Assembly: GCA_040437565.1 (NCBI GenBank)
Contig: JBDOQK010000038.1
Span: 310,001-353,539 of the forward strand
DNA: 43,539 nucleotides
Origin: Albugo candida
Taxonomy: Eukaryota
Reading direction: 5' to 3'
Both the position numbers and the translations under genes were made by a program. The stretch's first letter is position 1. Each line of letters begins with the position of its first letter. The notes under the pieces are model-generated. The model saw only the letters and a list, made by a program, of their open reading frames with translations, ran no database searches and was not told the DNA's origin. Below are positions 22,561 through 34,750 of the stretch, one piece after another.

Positions 22561-25550
22561 TGTGCACAGTCCTTGCGATTTTTGTTGACTTATCCGGCAT
22601 TCGAGAATTCAATCCTACACATCCACTCCGACAGCTCTCCAAGCATGGCGAGCATCTTTTCCAGTTCGGCCGCGGGCAACGCCGACGTTTCCTCCCATTG
22701 CTTTCGATGTTCAGGACACGACCAACGACCATCACAGTGGTTCTATCTTGTTGATCTGCGCCATCAACACGTTCCTTTGCTCTCACAACCGGTTGGAGGT
22801 ATTTGATATGCACTTGTTTCAATAGAGGTAGAAGTAGAAGTAAAAGTAAAATATTTTTAGCATGAATCTTGTTTGTCAACGCTACAAGTTGCTTGTGCAA
22901 CGGCAATACAAAATTGACTTGTCACATTATGTTCGTGTGGCCTAAGTGGTGATTGACTCTCCTCGTTCCATCTGTCATGTTATCACCAAGCAGCCATTCA
23001 GGTGAGGTCAGACTTTACCTGTAATGCGTCCAGCACTCGATACTCAAAACCTATTACGACCTATCCGAAATGTTCACTTCTGATACATTTTCCCTTCAAC
23101 TTATTCCATTAGAAAACCATAACTTAATTTGCTCGGAAAGTATTCATGTCATGAATGCTCCACGAATGTTATGAACGTTGTTCAGACATCAGACATATCA
23201 CTCCCTTCTAATCGAAAACTTGGTTGATTTGGTCTTTGTCTGCTCCAGCATAGCCAGTTGCGTACTTATACTTCACCATTCAGTGAAATCTATGTCAATT
23301 TTCGATTAGCTCAGCTCCACAATTCCAATACGATTGCTTGATGATAAGCCTTTATTTGTGATTCTGTCGCTTTCTGATGAAAAGTGACAAAGTAAAATTT
23401 CTACGAAAACCGGACACGTAACATCACATCAGCGTCGCGATATATTTGATGCCGATCGAGTAACGTGCTTGGTTAGTTATGCGTTCAAACGTTTTCTCAC
23501 CTCTACGAGAATCCATCCACGTATCCTCGTTCCTATTTTCCTAATATCCAGAAAAGATGAAAGCTATCGGTATACAGCGTCGTACATCTATCAGCTACGC
23601 ATGTATCGAGCAGAACTATGAAACTCTAGCAAAAACGACCCTTTGTCACATATGTCACTTCTGGATAGACCCCTTTCGTTCAAGATTGAACAAAGTGGCG
23701 TAGAGAAGTGCAAATCGTTTTGCTCTGGCTAGAATTACGCACCTACTGCAACAACGTTGTAAAGCAGCTTTGAGTGCGATTCATGGTTGCAACGACATTT
23801 TATTCTTGAAGACGAGTCGATTTATGAGGTACTTCATCGGAGCACTACAAAACACAACCGATGCAGAAGAATCCTATCAAAAGCCTTGTACAATCTTCCG
23901 TACCAATCATGAGGGAAAAAAAACTGATCGATGGGAACGAAAAGGATCAACCGTCATGTTTGAAAAATTGGAAGTTTTGCGATTCTCGCACGAATAGAGC
24001 GATCCATTTAAGATACAGTAGTTCTTGCATTGTCCAACTTTGATGTAGTAACTTTACGATTGATCAACAACCAACTATCCCGGTAGTGCAGATACTGTGT
24101 TCATTGGTTACTAATGTTAATTACTACATAAAGAAACAGCGCCGTTGTTTTCATATCTACGACATCTATGTCGAAGCTGTCCTGATTCGAATTTTCTAAC
24201 AAGCTAAAAAAAATAATCGATTGCTATAGGAATAGCCATCAGGATGTCTACTTCGTGAGCTTTGCCCGTCAGTCCGATACGCGAACACCGATGCGGTTCC
24301 CACCTTAGCCGCACAATGACGATTTAAACGGGTATAAATCAATGACAAATTTAATGGATGCTGACCTCGATAGGCAAGCTTAATGATGTGGTCGACTAAT
24401 CCTGCTTGATCCTTAATTTTAATTTCTTTCCAGTCAAGATGGGTTGATCCGACATACTCTTCTTCAAATTTGTCTATTGCCTCGTTTTTTTATACATGAT
24501 CACGTATAATGAGCAAACTAAATATATTCTTGTCCACCAGAAAAATCTCACCAATTATCATTCATTCGAAAATTAGATCTACTCTTACCACCAAGTCGGC
24601 TTTAGGTGAGCGCAACTGTCTCGAATACAATGGTTATGACCAGTAGGATGTTTTGCGAGGGAAGAGGCATCTGCCAGTACAACTGTCTTACCGGGATCAC
24701 CGGTCACCGCTTTCATGAGTGTGCTGACTAATGCTGCGCGTACAATGCTGCCTCAACGCAGAGTAAACGATTGGAACGCTCGTTTCGTAAAAGCAGCTGG
24801 TTGTGCGTGGGGAGAGATAAAAAAGAAGAAGACGAAGACATGCCTTTTGGAAAAGGTTTCCACTTTAAAGAGAACGACACCTTACTAAGCTCGGACCGCC
24901 AAAATAGCCATGTATAAGAGGTGGCCCTACATCTTGAAATGTAAGGTTTAGGTTAGCGCTTGTTGGTTCATCAGATAAAAACTGCAAATTGCCGCAAAAG
25001 TTCCCATATGATAGGTTGTAAAACAAGTCGAAGTGTCGGCGCTGACTGTGGCTACGACGCTGTAGGTCTTGTTTCTAGGGCTTAAGCTTATCGATCTTAG
25101 AAAATCGCATAACGACTGAGGAATCTGAAATAATTTACGCATCGGCATCGAAACTCCCGTCGAATGGATACTATCGCACATATTGGGAGCATTGTGTCGA
25201 TGTTAAAATTCTCCATTGGCATTTGAAATGTTGTCGTAACTCCGAACAGTAAAAAGTTGGATCATCGACAAACTAGTGGGCCGTAGTGCCAAAACGAGAA
25301 ACTGGACCGAAAGCATTCGCCGCGCTTTGTAGTAGGCGCTGTTGTTTCAGAGAAAATTGTTGAAAGAGTGAAAGTTTGGAAGAATACTGTTTGACTCGAT
25401 GAACAAACGAAGAAGTTGATAATTTCAGCTAGTGATACAGAGCATCAAGTGTGGGGCTCACAACTGAATGATATGAGGAGATAATTGATAGCGTTAAAGT
25501 ATGGAGCATACGTGAACTTTTATTGTGGAAAAGTACTATTTCCATGTTCT

Positions 25551-25754
25551 GGTGTCCGTACTCAGCTCAGTCGGACAGGCACTTGAGCGCACGGACCCCC
25601 TGCAGGAGGTCGTTATTTTTGATCCCCGGCATATCTACCTCCCTAGGTTTGAAGTCAGACTTAAGTGATATTCACACGGTCAGGGACTCATGATAGGATA
25701 AGGAAGGTAGTTTAAGAACCAGATAAACAGTGTAATGAAATCCTTGACAAAGTA
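25551..25754 (+). mobile_element. tRNA-derived SINE family 'C', internally deleted copy
   Basis: Matches 36981-37229 and 42043-42290; head AGCTCAGTCGG; ends CCTTGACAAAGTA. Confidence 0.8.
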
Positions 25755-26939
25755 TGATCGTGTGCTACTGTTTGGTATGGACTGCATAGACACAATGAAT
25801 CGTTTCTGCCGTCTGGAAGGAGACGCAATAGAGAAGACTAGAGAATGAAAAAGTACTCATATTGAGAATACTTGAGTCTGCGAGGTTCTATACGATATTA
25901 GTACGCAATAAAATTCGTATCATTTAATGCGACACAATCTGAAATTCCTTTCGTGGTAGAGCGCGGAATAAGATTCGTTTTTGTGCCTTGTGCTTGGATG
26001 AGAATTTCCGTAATGACTGCTGTATTTCTGCACATCGAATCGTACAGCTTTACAGTTTGCGGGCTAAAATAACCGCAGGCGGTATATGTTATGATGTGGG
26101 ATTCGTTGGATATCGCAAGTAAGTCACCAAAGTGTTGGCAGTGCTGCCACAATCGGTGTGTGATAAGATTATTGTCAGGAACGGTATCACTCATCTTATT
26201 GGTTGCAAAAGCTATATTAGATACTTTATTCTCCAATGCCGCGAAATGAGTAAGTGCAATAAGCTGGGCGCACTTCGAACAGGTAGGCATTTGTCGATAA
26301 TCAATAATCGTTGATGTAGCAAAATATTAAGAGAAATGTTGTTGCATACTGCATATTTTCTGTTCATTCCTGTTTCTCACACATACGTTTTCCTTTTTTT
26401 CCTTCTACAACTTCAGTCCTGCGTCTTCAATCTTCCGGCGAGTTTGGTTCCCTCTTCTACAAAATATTGTAGTAATTCAGCCAATAAAAGCTAGTGTCTC
26501 CCCCTAAATGTCGTCCTGCAAATAGCGTTACACCTTAGGAACGTACCGTCTTATAAACAGGCTTCGTTGTGTAGAACTATATTATAATTTATTAAGAAAC
26601 TTTCTATCAGCCAAAGACATTCGCTTACGCTGATTCAGATGCACTACACTAGTACATGACCTTCAGCATTAATCGTAGCCTTTACTACAAATGGCCGTAA
26701 ACTTTTAGAAGAAAAAGAACACGTGAAGAGAGAGAACAGCCTCTTAGTGTGACATCAAGAAATGACTCACAACGCCTATACCCGTCCGATTGTGTCCGGC
26801 ACAAGCTTGTAACACATTACTGCATTACATCAGGTCAGTAAACCAGAATCTCTCTCATAGAGCTCTCACTTACCAATGGGAGTGATGATACGGCCGAGGG
26901 TGTGCGGCATGGAGCTCAAAATGAGATCTTACTATTGGC

Positions 26940-27400
26940 TTCAACGAAATGGAGACATTGTTTTTCGCAAACTTAGAAGGCGAACTAAATTTTCATGAAA
27001 ATAAACCAGTGCGCCCAACGACGTTTGATATAACCGGGTTGGATCCGGGAAGTGAAGTTGAGACCTGTCATTGTATTCAACAATTGACAATTCTTATCCC
27101 ATGTGAAACGAGTGAGCTACTTAGAGTGTGGTACCCCGCAGTGTTGATGACATTCATTTTAATTGTTCTTCAGATTTGGAGCGCCAAGTATTTTTTATGA
27201 ACCCGACGAGGGAATTTCTGAACATTCTTCATACTGGGGCGTCGCCAAGTGCAGAAACACATTGTCCATGGCCACAACACACCCAGAAGCATGTGGGCGT
27301 AAGCGGTCAGGAACGAGATTTACCTTTAAAACGCCTGCTTGATTGTATGTAACCTCTTTGGGGACTCAGGTAAAGCTCATGAGTGTGGAAAAACAAATAA
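26940..27400 (+). mobile_element. Highly decayed Copia RT fragment
   Basis: NEMETLFFANLEGEL (cf. DVETAFLN.LEEE) followed by SVDDI (cf. YVDDI). Confidence 0.35.
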
Positions 27401-28117
27401 AGTCAATAGTATCGCTATTCAACTATGCATTCCCATCCAAAATGCTAATTCGAATGAGGCTCTCAAGGCAAGTGTGTGTGGTGTGAATCTGGGTAGGCCG
27501 CGTGCGCGTCAACTGAAATGTCACTGAATGTATGTTGACTAAGGGTGATTACAAGTATTGCACGTTTGTTAACTTGTGAATCATCAGAATGTTTTTGTTC
27601 ACAATGAAATGAACAAAGAAGATTGAAGTATTCGATGAAGAGCGCAATTTAGGTATCAACTTGGCGAGGAACAAACTTCACAAAGCATTCTTGTGGATAA
27701 TTCATATTGTTTGTTTAGAGGGATGAAAAACTTGAAATCAATCGATCCATAGCATTATTATGGAACTGAGTGTGTGTAACCAGGATCAGATGGTTGCGTG
27801 GTTTTTCGTAGAAATACGATGTGAATGGTGCAAATTGTTCTTATGCAATCATGCTGAAAACCAGTTTGAAGTTAGGCGTGAGATATCTCAATTTCGCAGA
27901 AATTGTCTGGAAGGATACTCTCTTTACGTGTCGTACTCATAAATACGAGAGTCGTCCATGTCTACGATTAAAATATAAACGATGCCCGTTCCGTGTCTGG
28001 GTGTGCGCATAAATATATGGTCGTATGCAAAGGTAAGGCTAGCATACGTGAGGATTTACTTCATTTGTATAGTCATGGGGAGATACTTCTACGAGCAACT
28101 TGTATCTTATTTGTAAA

Positions 28118-28735
28118 TGTCAATGCTAAAGTTGAAGAAAAGCTCACATTAGCACTTGATCGTAAAATGCAAAGTTTATTCATTAAGGCACTTACCTTGT
28201 CCAATCGGCGACTGCCACGTCAACGTTAACCGGTACCTACTGGCATGTCTGCTGGCCGAGGCGCGGCATCGACAATTCCCACTCGACTTGGCAGGGCTTG
28301 TTTTCCTTGATTCCCAACTTGCTGCGAAGATGGTCGAACTGCACAGCGGGAGTCGACTTCGTCATGAGGTTGCGAGCATCTCTTGCGTCGGATAGTATTC
28401 CAGCAGCACTTGACCATCATCGACCTTCTCGCGCACAAAGTAGTAGCGGACGTCGATTTACTTGGTGCGTTTGTGGAACTTGGGGTTATTGGCCAACGTG
28501 GTCGCCCCCTGGCTGTCTTCAGACACCTTCAAGGGTTCATCGCCTGCATCTTCAGCGAGTTCTCGCATGAACCCCTTGCGCCACACTACCTCTCGTATTG
28601 CTTTCCGATAGCGCCAAGTATTCTGCTTTGGTTGATGATAGAGCCACTAGGCGCTGTTTCTTTCTTCTACAGCTGGTGCAACTACTGTTGAGAACAAACA
28701 CGTAGCCTCTTGTGCTCCTTCGTGTTTCGATGCCG
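28118..28735 (-). mobile_element. Ty1/Copia RNase H + PPT + 157-bp 3' LTR (28118-28274)
   Basis: KKQRLVALSSTKAEY, EDSQGATTLANNPKFHKRTK*IDVRYYFVREKV; PPT GAGTGGGAA; LTR TGTCGA...TTGACA containing AATAAA. Confidence 0.85.
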
Positions 28736-30913
28736 CCAGCGCAGGCCTAACTATAACCTTTCCCATGTAACGACCCTGTCATCTTTAATCACTGCCTTTA
28801 TCCGTGTGGCTTATGACAAGGATGAGCAGTTTTATTATGTTGCTACGTGCGCTTGTTGGGTAGAGTCCCCGTATCGTTGTCCTTCATGATGCGGAGTTTA
28901 TGAATCGAATCCTCTATGAGGTACAGGATACTGCGTTGGGTGGTCATCTCGGTCGTGAGAAGACCTATAGCTCAGTGAGCCAGCACTATTGGTGGCCCGA
29001 AATCTATAAATTGGTAAGCACATACGTCTGTACGTGTAAAACGGAAAAACGGGTCAAACCCTCCGTGCATGCGGCTGCACCGCTAGCTAGGTTAGCCGTA
29101 TCCAAGGAGTGCTGGGAGTTCATTAGTATGGATTTTGTGTGTGCCCTATCACAAGATTCGGTGGAAATGGAGGGGGGGCTTTTGCTGATGACTGTGCCGG
29201 ACTCCACGATGGTGAAGTTACAGCTACGGTGTTTATCTATCGAGTGTTCCGCCAACACGGTTTGCCTATGGCAATTTCACGGATAGAGATCTTTGCTTCG
29301 GTGGGAGCTTTTGGAAGTCCATTTACAAGGTGCATGGCACCCGATTGGACATGTCCAATGTTCATCATCCGTAGACCGATGGTCAAACTGAGCGACTTTA
29401 TCAAGGTACCGGTCACATCTTACGCAGCGTTTGCGTTGATACACGTAAGCGTTGGAGCTCTATGCTCCCTGTTGTTGCTTTTTGGTTAAACAACTCTATT
29501 CATGCCTCTACCGACCATACTCCGTCCTACATGAATGGGCTCACTCATCCTCGCGTTACATTAAAGCTATTGCTGCGTGGTTCAGGGCTTGTTGGGGAAG
29601 AGATTGCCGGTTATTTGCTGATGTCAGCTCTACTACACTTGAGGAACAGGTTAAATGTCTCACGACATGATTCAATGGCTGAAAGCCAAGAAATACAGTA
29701 GGAACAAGCTGATGCTAAAAACAGAAATTTTATTGAAAGTTATGAGGTCGGAGAACAGGTATTCCTCAGTAATAAAAACTTACATACAAATGTAGTGTCC
29801 GCTGTCTCCAAGGTAAAGTTTCGATCGCGCTTCATTAGACCATTCGCGGTCATGACTAAGAAGGGCCTTGCTTACACGCTTAACGTTCCGCGCAAATTGC
29901 ACACACACAGTGTTTCACGTCGACCAACTCAAGCCGTATCGGGATACGCCCGACGCTGACTTTGAGGTAATTGCGCCGCGTTTCTTGGACTTGCCAAAAG
30001 CTGGTGCATCCGAACAAGGATGTCAAGCTGAGCTGCAGCCAGATTTGGACATGCTCAAACGCCTGAAGAAGGGTTTTTACCGCGTCAAGCGTACGCTGAG
30101 CCTGCTCAAAGTCTCGACGAGGAACGTCACTTCATGAACCAATTTTTTTTTGTAGTCCTCCACCGATACACCGACCGTCACCGTCGCTGCCTATCAAGCA
30201 AGGGAACTTACAGTTCCGAGTTAAGAAGATCCTCGCTCGACGTCGTCCTCATGTTTAAAAACAATATCTTGTGAAGTGGCGAAGGTATCGTAGTAATGAA
30301 CATCGTAGCCACGATCATCTTGAGACCAAAGGCGCTTCCCATAAGTAGTGGTATGGGCAATCAGATTGCAGGACAAAGCTTGGCCTGAACTCGAGACTAC
30401 AGGTATAGGCGTAACGCGGGCGAGAATGGTACGCAACTGGCCTTTGGCCACAAGCTTGGCATACTCATACCGAAGCTTTCGTTCGAGACGAAAGTCGGAC
30501 ACGTTGACGCTTGCTCTTAGCGCCATCATTCTGTGGATTGTGAAGAATTTCATTACACTGTTATTCTGCTTCTTTAACTACCTTCTTGATCCTATCATGA
30601 GTCCCGGACCGTGTGAAGATCACTTAGACTTAGGGAGGCAGGTATGTATCAATCTTATTGCTTAGTTGGGCTCAAACCGCTGCCTACAATGCTGTTGAGC
30701 AGACTGAAGACCTCCCGCAGCGAACGGCGTGCTCANNNNNNNNNNNNNNNNNNNNNNNNNNNNNNNNNNNNNNNNNNNNNNNNNNNNNNNNNNNNNNNNN
30801 NNNNNNNNNNNNNNNNNNNNNNNNNNNNNNNNNNNTTTTTTTTTGTAGTCCTCCACCGATACACCGACCGTCACCGTCGCTGCCTATCAAGCAAGGGAAC
30901 TTACAGTTCCGAG

Positions 30914-32072
30914 TTAAGAAGATCCTCGCTCGACGTCGTCCTCATGTTTAAAAACAATATCTTGTGAAGTGGCGAAGGTATCGTAGTAATGAACATCGTA
31001 GCCACGATCATCTTGAGACCAAAGGCGCTTCCCATAAGTAGTGGTATGGGCAATCAGATTGCAGGACAAAGCTTGGCCTGAACTCGAGACTACAGGTATA
31101 GGCGTAACGCGGGCGAGAATGGTACGCAACTGGCCTTTGGCCACAAGCTTGGCATACTCATACCGAAGCTTTCGTTCGAGACGAAAGTCGGACACGTTGA
31201 CGCTTGCTCTTAGCGCCATCATTCTGTGGATTGTGAAGAATTTCATTACACTGTTATTCTGCTTCTTTAACTACCTTCTTGATCCTATCATGAGTCCCGG
31301 ACCGTGTGAAGATCACTTAGACTTAGGGAGGCAGGTATGTATCAATCTTATTGCTTAGTTGGGCTCAAACCGCTGCCTACAATGCTGTTGAGCAGACTGA
31401 AGACCTCCCGCAGCGAACGGCGTGCTCAACTGTATGAGCAGGGGCGGTCCCGAACCATCATGCTGTGGAATCGTCGGACTCGATGAACCCAGCGAACGAA
31501 GCTGTTGTCTTCCTCCTCCCTTGATTTTCCTAGAAAAAGAGTATCGGCACGCTCTGAATCGACTGAACTGTTGCACTAGGTACTTGCCCTTCAAGGTGTG
31601 TCCTCTATTCGCTTTCGGAATCAAGTAAGGCTCCGGGTACTTTTCGCGAAGTACCATCCCGGATGCCAAGTTCGTGGACGAAGGAGCTTCCGGTCCGACG
31701 TCCACCTCTACAACGTATAGTCCACCGTTCGACGGATACACTCTTCCACCTCGGGTGGTGTAAAAACATAGTCCCAATGACTATTCAGCACCGAGGAGGT
31801 CTGTTACCGGCGCATAGCGGTCTCATCTTGCCAAGGAATCAGCTGTTGTTGCTCATCGAGCGGGTTGATGATGTCGCCGATGATGCGTTGACAGCGCAAC
31901 GTTCGACGAATGGATTTGGTGGAAGACGAAGCTCTGTCTCTAAAATGGTTTTGCCGGGAACTTCCCATTCTTCTTTATTGAGACTGGTATCGCTACCACA
32001 GTCCACCTCCTCATCGAGCTCTAGGTTACAGGAACGGACCTGAGGGTCGTTTCGTGGCGATGCCATGGTCAT
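30914..32072 (-). pseudogene. Antisense ORF of the Gypsy element, interrupted by a SINE and frameshifts
   Basis: Removing the SINE and one TSD restores EEDNSFVRWVHRVRRFHSMMALRASVNVSDFRLERKLRYEYAKLVAKGQLR; 5' part MASPRNDPQ... lies just inside the PPT. Confidence 0.6.
31231..31454 (-). mobile_element. Diverged SINE 'C' copy with 15-bp TSD (partly duplicated at ~30538-30735 by assembly)
   Basis: Body matches the SINE C copies; TSD CCATCATTCTGTGGA (31216-31230) / CCATCATGCTGTGGA (31455-31469). Confidence 0.8.
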
Positions 32073-32175
32073 TGATGCATTGTACAGCAGTGAGGTTAAG
32101 CGTACGCATCACGACCTCTTCGAGGAAAATAGTTTGATTGACGTTTTGCGGTAATGTTAGTCTGGTGGGGGAGAG

Positions 32176-32660
32176 TGTAGGGGTATACACATCGTGTGAG
32201 AACCTTTATGACAGTGTGGTACACATTTGAGCGCTTTCCAAGGGATATAGAAATCGGAATACTTTTTCATTTGTCGGGGCTGACGATTGTCAGCCACCGA
32301 GAAAGAGGACTTAAAAAGGTACTAATTTGGGACATTACTGCTTAGATTAGGTACGGTTTGAGCAAGGTAATGTGTTTATATTAACTAAATAAAGGAGATT
32401 CCCGCTTTTGACCTATTAGAGAAAGTGCCTTGTTGAGGTGTCCAAGATCTTGTAAGAGTCAATCAAGCCTTGGGTTGGTGTAGACTCTTGAGCTCTTTGT
32501 GTTGTCGATTCTCTAAATTGGTTGGTCCCTTGAATAAGGACCTTAGGCTCTTGCGCTTGTTGATTCGTGATTGTGTTCCTTTAGAGAACTGAATTGCTCG
32601 TCTCCAGATAGCCTTCCTCTCGCAAAGAGCTATAGTAGCTCCACTGTAGAGGGGGTGACA
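32176..32660 (+). repeat. Gypsy 3' LTR
   Basis: Starts TGTAGGGG directly after the PPT; contains AATAAA; candidate end GGGGGTGACA (right boundary inferred). Confidence 0.6.
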
Positions 32661-33049
32661 AAGAGATTGAAATTAGCGTATTCAGCACTAGAGGTCTTAC
32701 GCAAGACGTGAGTTCGGCAATCAAATCGCGCCTGGAAATAAACAAAGACAGCTGGAAATGGTTTTGCCGCTTTGTTTTTGGCGTCAAGAAAATTTGAAAT
32801 TCGAGAATAAAGTCCACTAGTTCGGTCAATAGGAGGAGCGTTTGCCCCAGTATTTTTATGGGATTCTCGGTTTTTGCTCTGCTTGCCTTGTGTGCATTTC
32901 GAGAAATAGTTACGTGTTCGTTCGGTCATTATGATTACCAAAGCTGTAGTACGAGCCAATCCCTTCACCACATTGTGTTAAGGTGGCCGAAAAGACGACG
33001 AAAACTATACAACGTATCCGTTGTGGTTCGAGGGGAGTAAATTAGTTAA

Positions 33050-34750
33050 CCTCGGTGCTGTCCGCAACTTCCGCAAAAAGTACGTTTTGAGATGCTGCGA
33101 TGCACCAAGCACTTTGAGCTTAACCATTAGCACACTTTTGTATGAGTCCACGTCCAAGACCACACTTTTTCCATCGCACGGTTCGGGAACACGCTATGCG
33201 CCGAACACGTACCCTTAGCATCTAATTTTCCACACTATAACAACTTGTGAACAAGTCCGACCGCAGAATATACTTCGGTTACTTTCACAGTCTGAAGCTC
33301 GCCATTCCATAGAAACCTGCATTTTTACGTTTCCCACTTTCTTGCTCGTCAGCTCGTCTGCGTTTGGCTGCATACACACACACCATTGGCCTCTTAAACA
33401 TATTCTAATCAGGACTCATCGCTGCATACGTGACGACTTGATCCGCTGTCGATTTTCTAGCATATGATTTCACCAATTACACGTGCTGGGATCTCCAGCG
33501 TAAAGTTAGCGTCACGTTTTGAGACTTGGAAGCTTCTATAAGAACACATCTCTCTTACAGGATAAGTCGTACTAAATTCGTGATAGCCTGGAGTCTCTTC
33601 AAATTCTGCCTCTCGGGGAACTTTCGCCACATCTCTGGTAGTTGTTTCTTCATTATGGTCTCGCAAACTTGACAAAACGCGCGAATTCTCGCAGCTTCCT
33701 TGCAATAATCTCCTGTGTGAGCATCAATATTCGCCATCAGTACGACTCTCATGTCTTCTGACGCATGTTGAGCGATGTTGCGGATCAGTTATTCCACGGC
33801 CTCTTCTGGCAATTCCGCCACTGCCACAACGTAGAGACAATTTTCAGTCCATTTTATTGGGATTCAACGCCGCATGAATAATCGCATCGACTGAGCCGGA
33901 GTGATACGGTTTCAAAAGCCTCAAGCACCCTTTTAATCGCATAATGGAAAGTCGGCATTTCGTTCCACCGGGTTTCCAGTTGCTCAAGGAAGTGCCTTTG
34001 AGCCATACTTTGAAAGTCACTTCAACGTCTTTCGACCATTGAAATCCACCTACTGACTGGGCCATACTTTCCTGTCTTTCGAAACAAATGCCCCTACTCT
34101 TAAAAGTCAGAGCCAAGTCCATCGTACCATTCCGCTCCATCAAACATAGAAATTGAAAGCGTTTTGCCTTGCGCCGGTGTACTGCATAGCCCGCTCCATT
34201 TGTTGAAGCAGTCTTCGATCATCAATACCTTTTTCATCATATATTTATGGATCGTTCATTGCTGTGCCGTATAGACGCCGCAAATGTGACTGCGGTAAAT
34301 CATGACCAGGTTGCCGTTGTCTATTATAACTCGGTGGATCGGCTAGCCGTTATATCTTGACCGAAAAATGCTACCTACCTAACGGAGCGATATGGATTCC
34401 TGGTCCAAGCCTTTGACCCAAAGCAGAGTAAACTTCCGCAGGTGGCATCTGAGCATCTCTCACAATCTTTTCCACCCGGTCCACTCCAGAAAGATGTTTT
34501 TTCATTTTGTTTTTGAACTCTTCTGAGCGCTCCAATCGTCCCATCAACTCCCGCATGAGTTGTATCTTTTCATTTTCGTCAGCTTGTCCTTCTTTGACTC
34601 CCTCCAAAAAATCATCTCCGTTGCCCGCAGCATCGTATGCGATTTTTTCTTCATGTTCTACTACCAGACCAATTCGTTCGCACCTCCGCGCAGCACTTGG
34701 TGACGAAACTTGACCTCTAATGGCAGTGTCGCCATTGTTCGAGGTTATCA
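33050..34750 (-). mobile_element. Degenerate Ty1/Copia gag-protease
   Basis: GFQWSKDVEV, NCLYVVAVAE..NIAQHASEDMRVVLMANID..DYCKEA (gag); IDSGSSRHVCSDES, QTVKVTEVYSAVGLVHKLL*CGKLDAKG (protease). Confidence 0.78.

Larger units (their letters stand above)
28737..32660 (+). mobile_element. Degenerate chromoviral Ty3/Gypsy 3' half: integrase, chromodomain, antisense ORF, PPT, 3' LTR
   Basis: RRPNYNLSHVTTLSS, GGHLGREKTY..YWWP, ISMDFV, VFRQHGLP, VFHVDQLKPY; chromodomain FRVKKILARRR..QYLVKWRRY (~30200-30300, repeated after the gap); PPT GGTGGGGGAGAG. Confidence 0.9.

Noticed and set aside
22523-22906. CCG/CHxC effector (CSPCLESCRSG after a Leu run)
   Set aside because: No ATG, motif spacing is off, the Leu run comes from a (CTTTTA/CTTCTA)n tract, and it lies at the 5' end of a Copia gag remnant
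25551-25754. Hammerhead or HDV ribozyme in the SINEs
   Set aside because: No CTGANGA/GAAA core or convincing HDV fold seen by eye on either strand
30142-31428. True tandem duplications here and at 35350-36753 and 5388-5826
   Set aside because: Apparently identical copies flanking 100-N gaps; most likely unmerged contig overlaps
31231-31454. SINE C body derived from the Gypsy antisense ORF
   Set aside because: A 15-bp TSD and restoration of the reading frame on excision show the SINE inserted into the Gypsy element
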